IMG/VR virus record: IMGVR_UViG_3300028888_001839 | Location: 1 to 64,000 of that record | DNA length: 64,000 nt | Source: a virus | Taxonomy: Duplodnaviria > Heunggongvirae > Uroviricota > Caudoviricetes | Reading direction: 5' to 3' (one strand) | Shown: positions 55,201-64,000 of the stretch, piece after piece | Layout of the letters: each line of letters starts with the position of its first letter | How positions within the stretch are numbered: position 1 is the first letter of the stretch | The notes under the pieces: generated by a model | Told to the model about the DNA's origin: nothing | The model's database searches: none | Seen by the model: only the letters and a program-made list of their open reading frames with translations | Translations under genes and position numbers: made by a program

Positions 55201-58200
55201 ACTGCTCATGGACTGCTCTGGAATGTCCTACGTGGAAGTGGCAAACCAGTTCGGCCTCGTGGACGGAGGTGGCGACCAAAGGTCGGGAATAGACCCGACA
55301 ATCACAAAGTTCGTGTGCGACAACGGAGAACTCCTGTACAACAACGGAGAACAGATACGGAGATGGGAAGTTCTGGTTCCCGCAATAGAGTTTGAGCTTG
55401 CTTCCGTTTCCAACGGAGTGACGTTCTCCGTGGCCAACACCAGAACCTATGACAATGCGAGCATCGTCTGGAACTGGGGAGACGGACACGTGGAAAGATG
55501 GATTACCAAGGCTCCCCCTTCCCACACATACACGAATGCAGTCCCTCGCAACTATGTTGTAAAGGTGAAAGGGCTTCTGCAAAGCATAAGCTCTCCTAGC
55601 GCCGAATCTGGAGCTTACATTCGCCCGATTGTCGGTGTGGAAAATCCATATCTCGTTGGATTCAAGATAGACGAAAACACTCCGTTGCAGGCCATAGGCA
55701 GCCATACGTTTTCACGCTGCCCGAACCTTCGGAACATAAACACGTTGAATCTTCCGAGGTCGAGAGGCGCGCCACCAGTCCCAGTAAAAAGAGACGTGAG
55801 CAAGACAAGGCTCGAAAACCTCTCGGCTTCAATGACGAGAGGTCTCGTCACTTACGGAGAGGGATGCTTTGCGAGGTCTGGCATCGAAGACTTGTCTGGG
55901 CTTCCCTCCGACCTGTCGCTTCTGCCAGCGTCGATATTCGCATACGACAAAGATCTCCTTTCCATAGGCGGCTTGCCTTCCAGCATATTGGATGTCGGGG
56001 ATGAGGCTTTCAGGGAGTGCTATTCCATTCGGTCTCTTGTTGGATGGCCAAGCCTTGTCGGGTATGTCAGCCCATACTGCTTTGCTAACTGCTATGGGCT
56101 GGAATCGTTAGACGGGTTAGATTCTTCCCATGTGACGAGCATTGGCGAGGGCGCTTTTGCTGGCTGCACCAATCTTGTAAGTTTGCAAGGACTACCGAAG
56201 ACCGTAGAGACGATTGGGGAAAATGCCTTTCAGGGGACGGGGATAGAGAACATTGGGGATATGCCTGATTCCGTTACTTCGATAGGCGACTCCGCATTTG
56301 CGGGGTGTATGAGCCTGCAGAGCACGGAAGGACTTAGCACGAATCTCGTTTCTATTCCCAAGAGGGCTTTTCTGTCATGCACCAACATAACCACGATGGG
56401 AACGATTCCCGCAAGCTCCACGAAGATTGATGCCTATAGTTATGCTCAATGCTCCAGCATGACGAATGGGACGATTGAGGATGTGATATCCGAAATCGGG
56501 ACGGAGGCATTTATCTTTGTAGGTGAGAATGCAGAGCCTACGGCGGACGATTCTGGGCTTGTTGCCAGAACCCACATAGATGCCCGCAAGATGTGGTGCA
56601 ACGACCTCATCGGGAAACTGTCGGCGCACACCAACACGAATCCGTTCATCAAGTTCACGTGCCGCGATGGATATGTCATGTACATAAACGGAGAGTGGAA
56701 AGCCTTCTATAAGGCCGTGACAATCAACATGGAGAACGTGTTTGCGAACACTCGGTTCTATGTCGGGAAGATAGTTCCAGAGGAAGGATACTCGGTCGAA
56801 ATAGACTGGGGAGACGGCACGGCGTCCATGTACACGAACGGAGTTAGCCATGTGTACACCAAGAGAGGAAACTACTCCGTTTCGCTTTTGGGCTTCATGA
56901 AGAGCATCGGGGGAACGGATTCGGGCGCTCCGATTCTCCACACTTCTAGCGGAATCAATACTAACATAGTTTCTTTCTCGATTGGCGGGACTTCGCATCT
57001 CTCCGAACTTGGGGCTTACTGCTTTGCTGGCTGCACGAGCCTACGGACGTTAAATGGGTTCTCTACCAGTCTAGTTCAGTCGCTCGGTACTAACTGCTTT
57101 GCGAGGTGTACTTCTCTCACTACACTAGAAGGGTTGCCCGGAAGCCTAGAAGAGATGGGGGTAGGGTGCTTTAGGGGTTGCACAGGATTAAGAGACTTGA
57201 ACCACATACCAGATGCATGTACATATATACCTTCGTTTGGATTCGAGGGTTGTACGGGGCTTACGTCTCTCACGAACTTGAACACTTCAATAACGACTTT
57301 TGGAGATTGTAGTTTTAAGGACTGCACGGGGCTCTCTACTCTCGAAGGAATGGGCAATCAGGAAGGAGTGGTATTTGACGAAGGAGTGTTCATTGGATGC
57401 ACTGGGCTTTCTTCGCTTCAGGGGTTCAACACGAATTCCGCCCTATCAGTTTCTTGCTTTGAAGGATGCACTGGTCTTGCTTCGCTAAAAGGAATGCCCT
57501 CTACAATTGTTACTATTCCATCGGGATGCTTTCTCGGCTGTATCGGTCTTTCCAATCTTCTTGGGATGGCGGAATCCTGCCAGCTCATTGAGTATTCCGC
57601 TTTCAGCAACTGCACGGGAATCGTCTCTTTGGAAGGATGCTCTACTAATCTAATCGGCATAGGACCGTTTGCTTTCGCAGGATGTTCGATAACAAATCTT
57701 GGGGGAATCTCTGCCGCACTCTTGGAGATAGGAGACTTTGCATTCACGGAGAACAAGGCGCTTGCCGACATATCCGATATTGTTTCATGCACAAACGAAT
57801 TCACGTTCGGTGAAGGATGCTTTTACGGATGTGAAATCCTCGGCACAAACAATATAGTGCAGTCACTTCCGCCTAACACAAAGCAAATCGGGGTGATGGC
57901 ATTTGCGGAATGTCCATACTTCGACATTGCGGAACTCCCCGAACCAGTGACAGAAATCGGCACTGCAGCATTCGCGGGGTGCTGGATGAGAAGTCTTTCG
58001 GCATTCCCGACGAACTGCCCTCATGTGGCGAGCAACCTTTTCGAGAGGACTAGTCTGGCAGACACAATCTTCTATCTGGACAACCCCCTCATGTTCTGGA
58101 AAGACTGTTTTCTGGATGAGAGAGACTTGGAGGTATTTGTTCTTGACACGTTCGATACCACGAGGATAGTACGGCTTCCTAACATAACATGCGAGTCTTT

Positions 58201-61200
58201 GGAGAGTGCAGACGGATTCCCGTTCGGGGCCTCCGACACAACTAGGTTTGTATGTTCTGATGGGTTCATCGTAAATGTCTCTAACGACTGGCGGTCTGTT
58301 AGAAAGTCTCTTGAAATAAGGTTTGAAGTAGGAACCATCTATGAAAGTTCATATTCTGAGTATATGCCACCAGGGGGAAGTGGGCATACCCCACGGCCAA
58401 ATATGTGGTGGACAACCAACTATCTGAACACAATATACATTCAGGGGATAAAGCCGCATAATAATGGGCTTCTTCACATAGACTTTGGCGACAACACAAA
58501 GACCAACATCTTTGCGGATGATAGGGTTACTCACACGTATGCCGCGACTGGCACATACGAGATTGCCGTATATGGAGAGTTCGACATCATCGGAACAAAG
58601 AACCGGTTTGTCGGAATAGAAGAAGAGCAGTTCCAGACATATGTGGCTAGCTATACGTACTACTATCACAGGTTCTACGACTTGGCGGGCAGCACCTCCA
58701 ACACCATATCAAGGGTTGTCGTCCTACCTACTAGCAAGGTCAAAGAAATCGGAGAAAGCGCATTCGACGGGCTAGGTGACGTTGAGGAATTTGTGGAAAT
58801 CATGCCCACGGTGGAAAAGATAGGAGCATATGCCTATCGTAATTGTACCAACATGAGCGGAAGCGTCTCCATTCCGTCTAACGTAGTTTCTTTGGGAGAA
58901 AGCGCATTCCAGGCTTGCAAGCTCATATCGAAGGTGACGATTGATTCCCCCGTCCTTACGAACCTTCCCAACTATGTGTTTGCTGACTGCACGAACCTGT
59001 ACTCCCTCACTTTCTCGCAGGAGAACAACCTGCTCTCCATCGGAGATTATATCCTGCAGGGCGTGCCTTTCAAGAGCAAGGTTCTGGACTTGAGCCTGTG
59101 CACGAACATTCAATCTATCGCAGCCTATTCGGTATTTGGAGCGACGTATCTGAATTCCATGATTCTATACAAGAACATAGACAAGATAAATGCCGACTTC
59201 TCAGGAACGAGTAAGATATTCGCAATCACGATGCTAACATACCAATGCGAAGATGTATGGGGGATACTGGAGTTCCCTCATTCCGGTCTTAACAACAAAT
59301 GGAATCTTCAAAAGAATACTTCTATAAACTGCATCGACGGCGACATAGTGGCGGTTGGATATCATTGGGAAATCAAATATGGAACCAACAGGATAAAATT
59401 GACAAACATAAAGTCGAACGATACATACACGGTTTCTCATGTTGTTTCAGATGGGACATTCTCGATAGACTGGGGAGATGGAACGGCAACTGAAAACATA
59501 TCGAAGGTTGCCGAGAATGTCTCCCACACATACACGGCCGATTGGGAGCATACGGTTGTCCGCTTGCTGTCTATCGACGGAAGTTCAATAATAGAAGTAG
59601 CCGGTACTCCCGCAGGCTTGCCGATGGTGTACAAGGAAGGTGCGGCGGTTCACACCAACATAACGGAAGTGTTCCTAGACAATTCCGTGAAGAATGTAGG
59701 AGACAACTCCTTTAAGGGATATTCTCTAATGGATAGTTTCCCGATAAACAGTTCTTCGACCTGCACGAACATAGGCAACTATGCATTTGCTGGATGCACT
59801 AGTCTCTCCATGTTCAACTATCCGTCCAAACCTTCCGCTATTTCGTTCGGGAGCCATATGCTTGACGGCTGCACCAATTTGAACGGGTATGCCATCAACC
59901 TGCGATACGGAGTATTCCCCTCTATGCAGACCAATACTTTTGCGGGACTTTCATCTATCAGAATGTACACTATACTTTATGTGGAGAACGTGCTTTCTAA
60001 AGTACCGGAGGGTAGCCTTTCCGATGGGGTGTCCATCGTATGCAGGGACGGAGAAGTGTATTATGAAGATGGGCAGAGGAAAACATACCTCCCTACGATA
60101 GAAGTCATTATAGAGGTTCCCGAAAGAACTACAGTAAGTCTTGGTTTTCCAGATGTCTATCAGGAAAAAATAGGAAGCGTAAACATAGGCCCCGCAATAT
60201 TCGGTCCTCCTATAGACTGGGGAGACCCTAGGACGGACGTATGGGAGCAGTTCATGGCGGAATCTACCTATTCCCATTACTATAGGAATGCGGGCACATA
60301 CAAGATAAGAATCTTTGCGGGGAACATGTCTGGGAATTACCCGATATTGACTCACGGTAGTTCACGAACTCGTGCCTATGGAGATGTAGACTATTATGAA
60401 GATAGAGTTGTAGAACTACCTCCAAGCATACAACCGTCAGTAGGTCAGACTTCTATATCGTATCCAGCCCGTACCCTGCCCGGCAAATTCCACAACGGAA
60501 GGTACGATTCGCAGGACGACCCGAACGACTACACCGCTTTCGTTTCGGACATGCGGGTGGTGAAGAAAATCATATTCAACAAGGATGCAATCAGCCCCGG
60601 TTTCGGAGAATGGTGCTTTGCTAATTCGCAGATGGATCACATTGAGGTTGAGAGTTTCGGTAGAACCCTATCTGTTGGGAAAGGATGCTTTGCGAACAGC
60701 GATGTCTCTGACCTTCGCGGAAAGAAGGCGAACACAGCAACGGCACTTGACTACGAGTTCTACGGATGCACAAACATAACAAACTTCTCTACCCAGTTTG
60801 GAGATATGTTTCATGTAGGTTCATATGCATTCAAGAATTCTGGACTGGCTTCTCTTGTAGGATGGAGAGATGGAGACACAAAGGTTCTTGACGGTGCTTT
60901 CGAGAACACCAAGCTAACCACGCTGGAAGGGATGCCAAACTCCATCAAAGAGATAGGGCTATATGCTTTCAAAAACTCGCAACTCCGGAATCTGGATGGG
61001 ATGTCAACGAATGTCGTTACGATAAGAAGGCAGGCATTTTGCGACACGAAGAACCTTGTAGACACCAAAGGCTTGCCAGAGAAACTTGAACTGATTGAAG
61101 GCTATGCTTTCAATGGAACGGACAATCTCAAGTTGATTGAGATGCCGAACAGGTCGGTAAAATTCTTTTATGAGAGTTTCCGTGCGACAAGAGCGGACGA

Positions 61201-62884
61201 CAAGTATCTATATGGGCCTTCCTACGTGAAAGGCGTGTATCAATCTTATCGGCATCAGTTCTTCCATTTTCCTCAAGCAGACATATTCCAATTCCGCCCT
61301 AACGTCTTCACGGCCATGTATCATCTTGATGGAAGTCCATATCGCGGGAGTCCGACGAGTATAAATTCGATAGGAAGCCTTGGCGCTTATAGTTATGTAC
61401 TAGGCTGTTTCTGCGAGAATGGCATTGTCGAGTATGGTGACCCTGGGCTTTATCTCTCTTCGCCTTTGACAACAACCAAGGTTACGGTAGATGGAGGAAC
61501 CTCTGTTGCCCCAGGCTTCTTCAAGACATACGACTCGAGACGCCAGTTCCTGATAGACTGGGGGGACGGAACTCGCGACTTCTACGACACAGACGACATG
61601 ATTGCCATCGAAAACGGCACGATGGCGATGAAGTCTCACACATATTCAGAGAGCGGAACATACGACATAAGGACCTATGGATACGTAAGCAACGTGGCAT
61701 TCCGTCCAACGGGAGGAAACCTCTATGCGAACATCTTCTATCCGTCCTCTATCATCAAGTCTTTCTCTTTCAATTCCGACTCCTGCATCTCTACAATCGG
61801 AAGCAAGACCTTTAGCAATGCAAGCGGCATTAATCAAAATGTAGTTGTCACCTGCGTAGCTTCTCCGATGGACAACCACAATAGGGCTACGCTTCCTGGG
61901 GCCGCGGCATACTACGATACGCAGAAAATGAAGCGCATTCCGGGCTATCCTTTTGGCGTCTCCTATCAAGACAACATTCACGGCATAGACTATTCGCTAT
62001 ACGACATAGCATATTTCCTCTCAGATGTTCCCGCCGGTACAATGGTTGGGTACTCCAACAGAAATGGAGACAAGTCTCAGTCTATATCTATCATCTGGGG
62101 AGATGGGACGACATCTAGCCGTGGCGGATTGGGTGGGCACACATACCATACGTACTCCAAGAAAGGAGACTACATTGTTGCCGTAAGGATTTACGACACC
62201 GAAAAGCAGAAGAAGTATGTATGCGGACTGCCGTTGCTCGTAGAGGGCGTAGGGCAGAGTCCATGCCCTTCGCTAAGAGTAGTTGGCGGAGAGTTTGCCA
62301 GAAGCAACCCATATCTTTATAGAGTAGAAGCTAACGGCATCATCGACATCGGGAACTATGCTTTCTACGGATGCAGCAACATGAGGTCGATTTCCGCTTT
62401 CAATTCCGGACTCGCTCGGATTGGGACTTCTGCCTTTGAAGGTACGGGCTTGAACAGGGTGCCAATGATAAACTCTTCAGCCGGAACCCTGGAGATTGGC
62501 AATGGGGCATTCAAGGTGGCTCCAAATCGTTTTTACCTATATGTGGGCAATCCCTTCTCAAAGGTTACTATCGGAAACGACGTGTTCAACGTGCAGCGCC
62601 CCTATGGGGCAGCAAATCTCGATGTCTACTTCAACGGGAAGGAAGGGGCAATCAAGAGCAGAAACGGATTCCCGTTCTGTTCCATTTCAGATGAGGGGTA
62701 TGGTCAGACAGAAGGAATATCATGGATAGAGAACAACCCATGGCATTTCAAAATCTGGTGCCTCGTGGACTGGGGACAGCAGCCTCTCGGGTACTTCCTC
62801 ACACCTAGGAAAACGGGTGGTTCAGGTGCGAGCGCGACATACGAATGGAAGGATGTCGCCACGGATGGTCTTCCTGATTTCTAA
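52280..62884 (+). CDS. giant LRR protein with signal-peptide-like N-terminus and about 9 PKD-like/LRR modules
   Basis: MMKKTAITIATALTAAATMFG-AP; nine (D/N/I)(W/F)GD motifs; LxSLxGxP and BspA repeats. Exact start lies between 52238 and 52283. Confidence 0.85.
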   Translation: MMKKTAITIATALTAAATMFGAPSDKPKITDTLNDFNPEYPVGIYIQEIASNQIVSVVKLTNGVLSVGSESINIAEPSHKVVETNVVEGAIVITTNTYYTVYEDGLEKTLKEYATKEKIVSIATNELGEVTTNWTKVAYLSDIPPDEKKADKVISVWEFVEPSRGVTLSMVDNPEIPYAYWRWEDKEDPTTYINLYFTNGIWTLENGATSTYTVELPFDEPVVQIGSLSFVATNKTSAMVVYTDMLEKAFDGKFDQFVAKTNLVPIAEQITEERLQTINGIADTLRGIKQVVNSIAGIPSMSFTFNAPAQNFKCFLTSADMSIPGDMVEIDWGDGSEVELATIPTNHTYTAYSSETVTVKVKGFVKKISGKNKLPFAYLDVDGAISTNSLASVRMDALMPLEVVGDYSFCGCGGMSGDLSFLPNSVTNLGQGCFWGCGITSLAGMPSSIWQLPTLCFQSTRLTSLEGISLAIKSIGTRCFAFSGLTTLNGIPSGVESIGIRCFEGCESLTSIQNLSSTRLSSLGGTCFKNCSNLLSIDGLPAGVTNIPINAFYGCSSLSTLEGIPQHVAEIMDYAFAECRGLKEADLNIEELRLLERGLFSGDESLTLVTISGSLTSNSISPDFLASCGGEMTLNVRCIGKDIDSITNMFSFPFGIRNSGEPPGASVFIATDGQLVSDGSGGWTVNLTSTAFSLMGISTNTVALGDIVPSSSPRVATRGLSKRAVRDVPADSTYSIDWGDGTINKETAHTYAFASQTNITIKVLGALDSISGDATRPFVSIDGKATNSSLVAVDFGNAVGIRNFGEGTFRNCIELTADSITGVGTSLDALGIECFAGCSNITNLPWLVSTSVRALPNGCFRNSGITTGEGYLRNISSLGENTFNGCANLQSVSFVTNLHITSIPNGCFQDCSSLTELPALDGVTSIGRDAFARCSKLADFNIPRQVTIGNNAFLGCGTDPSVPTKTDEDGFNFKLLMDCSGMSYVEVANQFGLVDGGGDQRSGIDPTITKFVCDNGELLYNNGEQIRRWEVLVPAIEFELASVSNGVTFSVANTRTYDNASIVWNWGDGHVERWITKAPPSHTYTNAVPRNYVVKVKGLLQSISSPSAESGAYIRPIVGVENPYLVGFKIDENTPLQAIGSHTFSRCPNLRNINTLNLPRSRGAPPVPVKRDVSKTRLENLSASMTRGLVTYGEGCFARSGIEDLSGLPSDLSLLPASIFAYDKDLLSIGGLPSSILDVGDEAFRECYSIRSLVGWPSLVGYVSPYCFANCYGLESLDGLDSSHVTSIGEGAFAGCTNLVSLQGLPKTVETIGENAFQGTGIENIGDMPDSVTSIGDSAFAGCMSLQSTEGLSTNLVSIPKRAFLSCTNITTMGTIPASSTKIDAYSYAQCSSMTNGTIEDVISEIGTEAFIFVGENAEPTADDSGLVARTHIDARKMWCNDLIGKLSAHTNTNPFIKFTCRDGYVMYINGEWKAFYKAVTINMENVFANTRFYVGKIVPEEGYSVEIDWGDGTASMYTNGVSHVYTKRGNYSVSLLGFMKSIGGTDSGAPILHTSSGINTNIVSFSIGGTSHLSELGAYCFAGCTSLRTLNGFSTSLVQSLGTNCFARCTSLTTLEGLPGSLEEMGVGCFRGCTGLRDLNHIPDACTYIPSFGFEGCTGLTSLTNLNTSITTFGDCSFKDCTGLSTLEGMGNQEGVVFDEGVFIGCTGLSSLQGFNTNSALSVSCFEGCTGLASLKGMPSTIVTIPSGCFLGCIGLSNLLGMAESCQLIEYSAFSNCTGIVSLEGCSTNLIGIGPFAFAGCSITNLGGISAALLEIGDFAFTENKALADISDIVSCTNEFTFGEGCFYGCEILGTNNIVQSLPPNTKQIGVMAFAECPYFDIAELPEPVTEIGTAAFAGCWMRSLSAFPTNCPHVASNLFERTSLADTIFYLDNPLMFWKDCFLDERDLEVFVLDTFDTTRIVRLPNITCESLESADGFPFGASDTTRFVCSDGFIVNVSNDWRSVRKSLEIRFEVGTIYESSYSEYMPPGGSGHTPRPNMWWTTNYLNTIYIQGIKPHNNGLLHIDFGDNTKTNIFADDRVTHTYAATGTYEIAVYGEFDIIGTKNRFVGIEEEQFQTYVASYTYYYHRFYDLAGSTSNTISRVVVLPTSKVKEIGESAFDGLGDVEEFVEIMPTVEKIGAYAYRNCTNMSGSVSIPSNVVSLGESAFQACKLISKVTIDSPVLTNLPNYVFADCTNLYSLTFSQENNLLSIGDYILQGVPFKSKVLDLSLCTNIQSIAAYSVFGATYLNSMILYKNIDKINADFSGTSKIFAITMLTYQCEDVWGILEFPHSGLNNKWNLQKNTSINCIDGDIVAVGYHWEIKYGTNRIKLTNIKSNDTYTVSHVVSDGTFSIDWGDGTATENISKVAENVSHTYTADWEHTVVRLLSIDGSSIIEVAGTPAGLPMVYKEGAAVHTNITEVFLDNSVKNVGDNSFKGYSLMDSFPINSSSTCTNIGNYAFAGCTSLSMFNYPSKPSAISFGSHMLDGCTNLNGYAINLRYGVFPSMQTNTFAGLSSIRMYTILYVENVLSKVPEGSLSDGVSIVCRDGEVYYEDGQRKTYLPTIEVIIEVPERTTVSLGFPDVYQEKIGSVNIGPAIFGPPIDWGDPRTDVWEQFMAESTYSHYYRNAGTYKIRIFAGNMSGNYPILTHGSSRTRAYGDVDYYEDRVVELPPSIQPSVGQTSISYPARTLPGKFHNGRYDSQDDPNDYTAFVSDMRVVKKIIFNKDAISPGFGEWCFANSQMDHIEVESFGRTLSVGKGCFANSDVSDLRGKKANTATALDYEFYGCTNITNFSTQFGDMFHVGSYAFKNSGLASLVGWRDGDTKVLDGAFENTKLTTLEGMPNSIKEIGLYAFKNSQLRNLDGMSTNVVTIRRQAFCDTKNLVDTKGLPEKLELIEGYAFNGTDNLKLIEMPNRSVKFFYESFRATRADDKYLYGPSYVKGVYQSYRHQFFHFPQADIFQFRPNVFTAMYHLDGSPYRGSPTSINSIGSLGAYSYVLGCFCENGIVEYGDPGLYLSSPLTTTKVTVDGGTSVAPGFFKTYDSRRQFLIDWGDGTRDFYDTDDMIAIENGTMAMKSHTYSESGTYDIRTYGYVSNVAFRPTGGNLYANIFYPSSIIKSFSFNSDSCISTIGSKTFSNASGINQNVVVTCVASPMDNHNRATLPGAAAYYDTQKMKRIPGYPFGVSYQDNIHGIDYSLYDIAYFLSDVPAGTMVGYSNRNGDKSQSISIIWGDGTTSSRGGLGGHTYHTYSKKGDYIVAVRIYDTEKQKKYVCGLPLLVEGVGQSPCPSLRVVGGEFARSNPYLYRVEANGIIDIGNYAFYGCSNMRSISAFNSGLARIGTSAFEGTGLNRVPMINSSAGTLEIGNGAFKVAPNRFYLYVGNPFSKVTIGNDVFNVQRPYGAANLDVYFNGKEGAIKSRNGFPFCSISDEGYGQTEGISWIENNPWHFKIWCLVDWGQQPLGYFLTPRKTGGSGASATYEWKDVATDGLPDF

Positions 62885-62931
62885 TGGCGCTGGAAAATAA
62901 CCTAATGGCATTTTCAAGAAGGAGCAGAGGT

Positions 62932-64000
62932 ATGAAGAATATCGGATTTTGGGCTATTGTGGCATTGTGTCTCGCGGCGTTTGGTGAGGCGGTTCCGCAG
63001 AATCTAGGCAACATTCGCGTGACCACTCCGATGTACACGGCGGCACAGACCGACGAACGGATCGTTGAACTTGCGCCTAATCCCGGAAACTATGAGACCG
63101 TGAGCAATAGGGCGATGGAGTCGGTGCAGAGTGAGGAATTGGGTGAGGACATAGAGGACTGGCTTTACGATGGCGGTCTTGACTTTTTTAACGATTGGCT
63201 ACCAGATGCACTAGATATTATAGATGAATATACCCCTAGGTATTATAGAATAAACCAGCCGTTCTACTGGACTAATAGAATATTTAATGTCATATTGGAC
63301 AGTTCCAGCCAATCGAAACTGAGACTATTTTTTGACACCGACCATGGTTTCTTATTGGACGAATATGGTATAACTTTAATAGGGCCGTTGGATTTAATAG
63401 GGCCGTTGGATGCTAAGAGTACGACAGATATAGACTCGATATGGAACTTGGCAGGGCTTACCGAATTGACGCTCCCGAGACACGTCTATGCAGAAGAGTC
63501 TCCTGCTTACAGATTTATCGACTTATGGTCGCTTGCCACAACGAACGATGTAAAAGAAGCCACAAATGGGAAAAGAGATTATGGGGACATATCCTGCACG
63601 AACGACGCATGGTTCTTGACTTACCCAGAAGGAGTAGACTATGCAGGTCAGACGGTAATGTTTGTGAAGACTGGAGAAAACATCTGGAGCCACAACTTTC
63701 CAGACGAAGGGTATACTGAAACCATTAAGTTTGAGTATGCCTTTGGACAATGGCTATGGAATTGGAGTGGTGTGTACTCCGAAGCCTCTTCCAATGCGAC
63801 GGAAGTTGTATTTGACGACGACGGCACGAAATACATTGCGATTAGGGGTAAGAGGCTCGCGCTGGACACCGAGATACCGACGAACAAGACGGCCTCGCAG
63901 GGCGGCACCGAAACTTCCCTCGTCACGACTGGCGACAAGTACAACTGGAACAGCAAGGCGGCCGCCGCCGACCTCCGCTACAGCATCGCGGAGGCGCAGG
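62932..64000 (+). CDS. partial ORF (open to window end) with signal-peptide-like N-terminus; fibre-like
   Basis: Manual translation MKNIGFWAIVALCLAAFGEAVPQNLG... has no stop up to 64000; TTGDKYNWNSKA motif. Absent from the ORF track because it is unterminated. Confidence 0.8.
   Translation, partial: MKNIGFWAIVALCLAAFGEAVPQNLGNIRVTTPMYTAAQTDERIVELAPNPGNYETVSNRAMESVQSEELGEDIEDWLYDGGLDFFNDWLPDALDIIDEYTPRYYRINQPFYWTNRIFNVILDSSSQSKLRLFFDTDHGFLLDEYGITLIGPLDLIGPLDAKSTTDIDSIWNLAGLTELTLPRHVYAEESPAYRFIDLWSLATTNDVKEATNGKRDYGDISCTNDAWFLTYPEGVDYAGQTVMFVKTGENIWSHNFPDEGYTETIKFEYAFGQWLWNWSGVYSEASSNATEVVFDDDGTKYIAIRGKRLALDTEIPTNKTASQGGTETSLVTTGDKYNWNSKAAAADLRYSIAEAQ
63375..63410 (+). repeat. perfect 18-bp tandem duplication (LIGPLD twice)
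   Basis: tttaatagggccgttgga occurs twice, in frame. Confidence 0.9.

Noticed and set aside
40755-62884. Diversity-generating retroelement acting on the LRR genes
   Set aside because: No reverse transcriptase and no template/variable repeat pair seen in the window; one could lie outside it.
1-64000. CRISPR array, tRNA or rRNA genes
   Set aside because: No regularly spaced direct repeats or cloverleaf motifs seen in the intergenic regions, including next to tnpB and iscB.

Overview
This window is part of a large contractile-tailed (myovirus-type) bacteriophage genome, read almost entirely on the + strand in the standard genetic code. It holds most of the morphogenesis module: DUF2213-like prohead protease/scaffold, cement protein, DUF2184-like major capsid protein (MCP), DUF4054-like adaptor, terminator, sheath, two tube paralogues, a frameshifting chaperone, tape measure, baseplate genes and fibres. 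Portal and terminase are not in the window. It also carries a phage-borne DnaN sliding clamp, four TnpB-family genes and one IscB with its omega-RNA, but no TnpA. Four BspA-type leucine-rich-repeat (LRR) genes total about 25.5 kb, roughly 40% of the window. The most unusual observations are: (1) a 1433-aa FtsK-motor protein in the head module that shares putative maturation motifs (VMDAMP, DEAP) with the MCP and may be packaged in the virion; (2) a baseplate-wedge-like domain missing from its usual position and found as the N-terminus of a 3657-aa LRR/PKD-like protein, followed by a candidate adaptor and a 3548-aa LRR protein with a signal peptide; (3) a cassette directly after the MCP containing a TnpB without visible IS ends, a truncated MCP paralogue with a Tat-like leader, an attenuator-like RNA and IscB; (4) a recurrent TTT-N7-GGCAWT candidate late-promoter motif. 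All family assignments come from motif recognition and gene order by eye, not from database searches.
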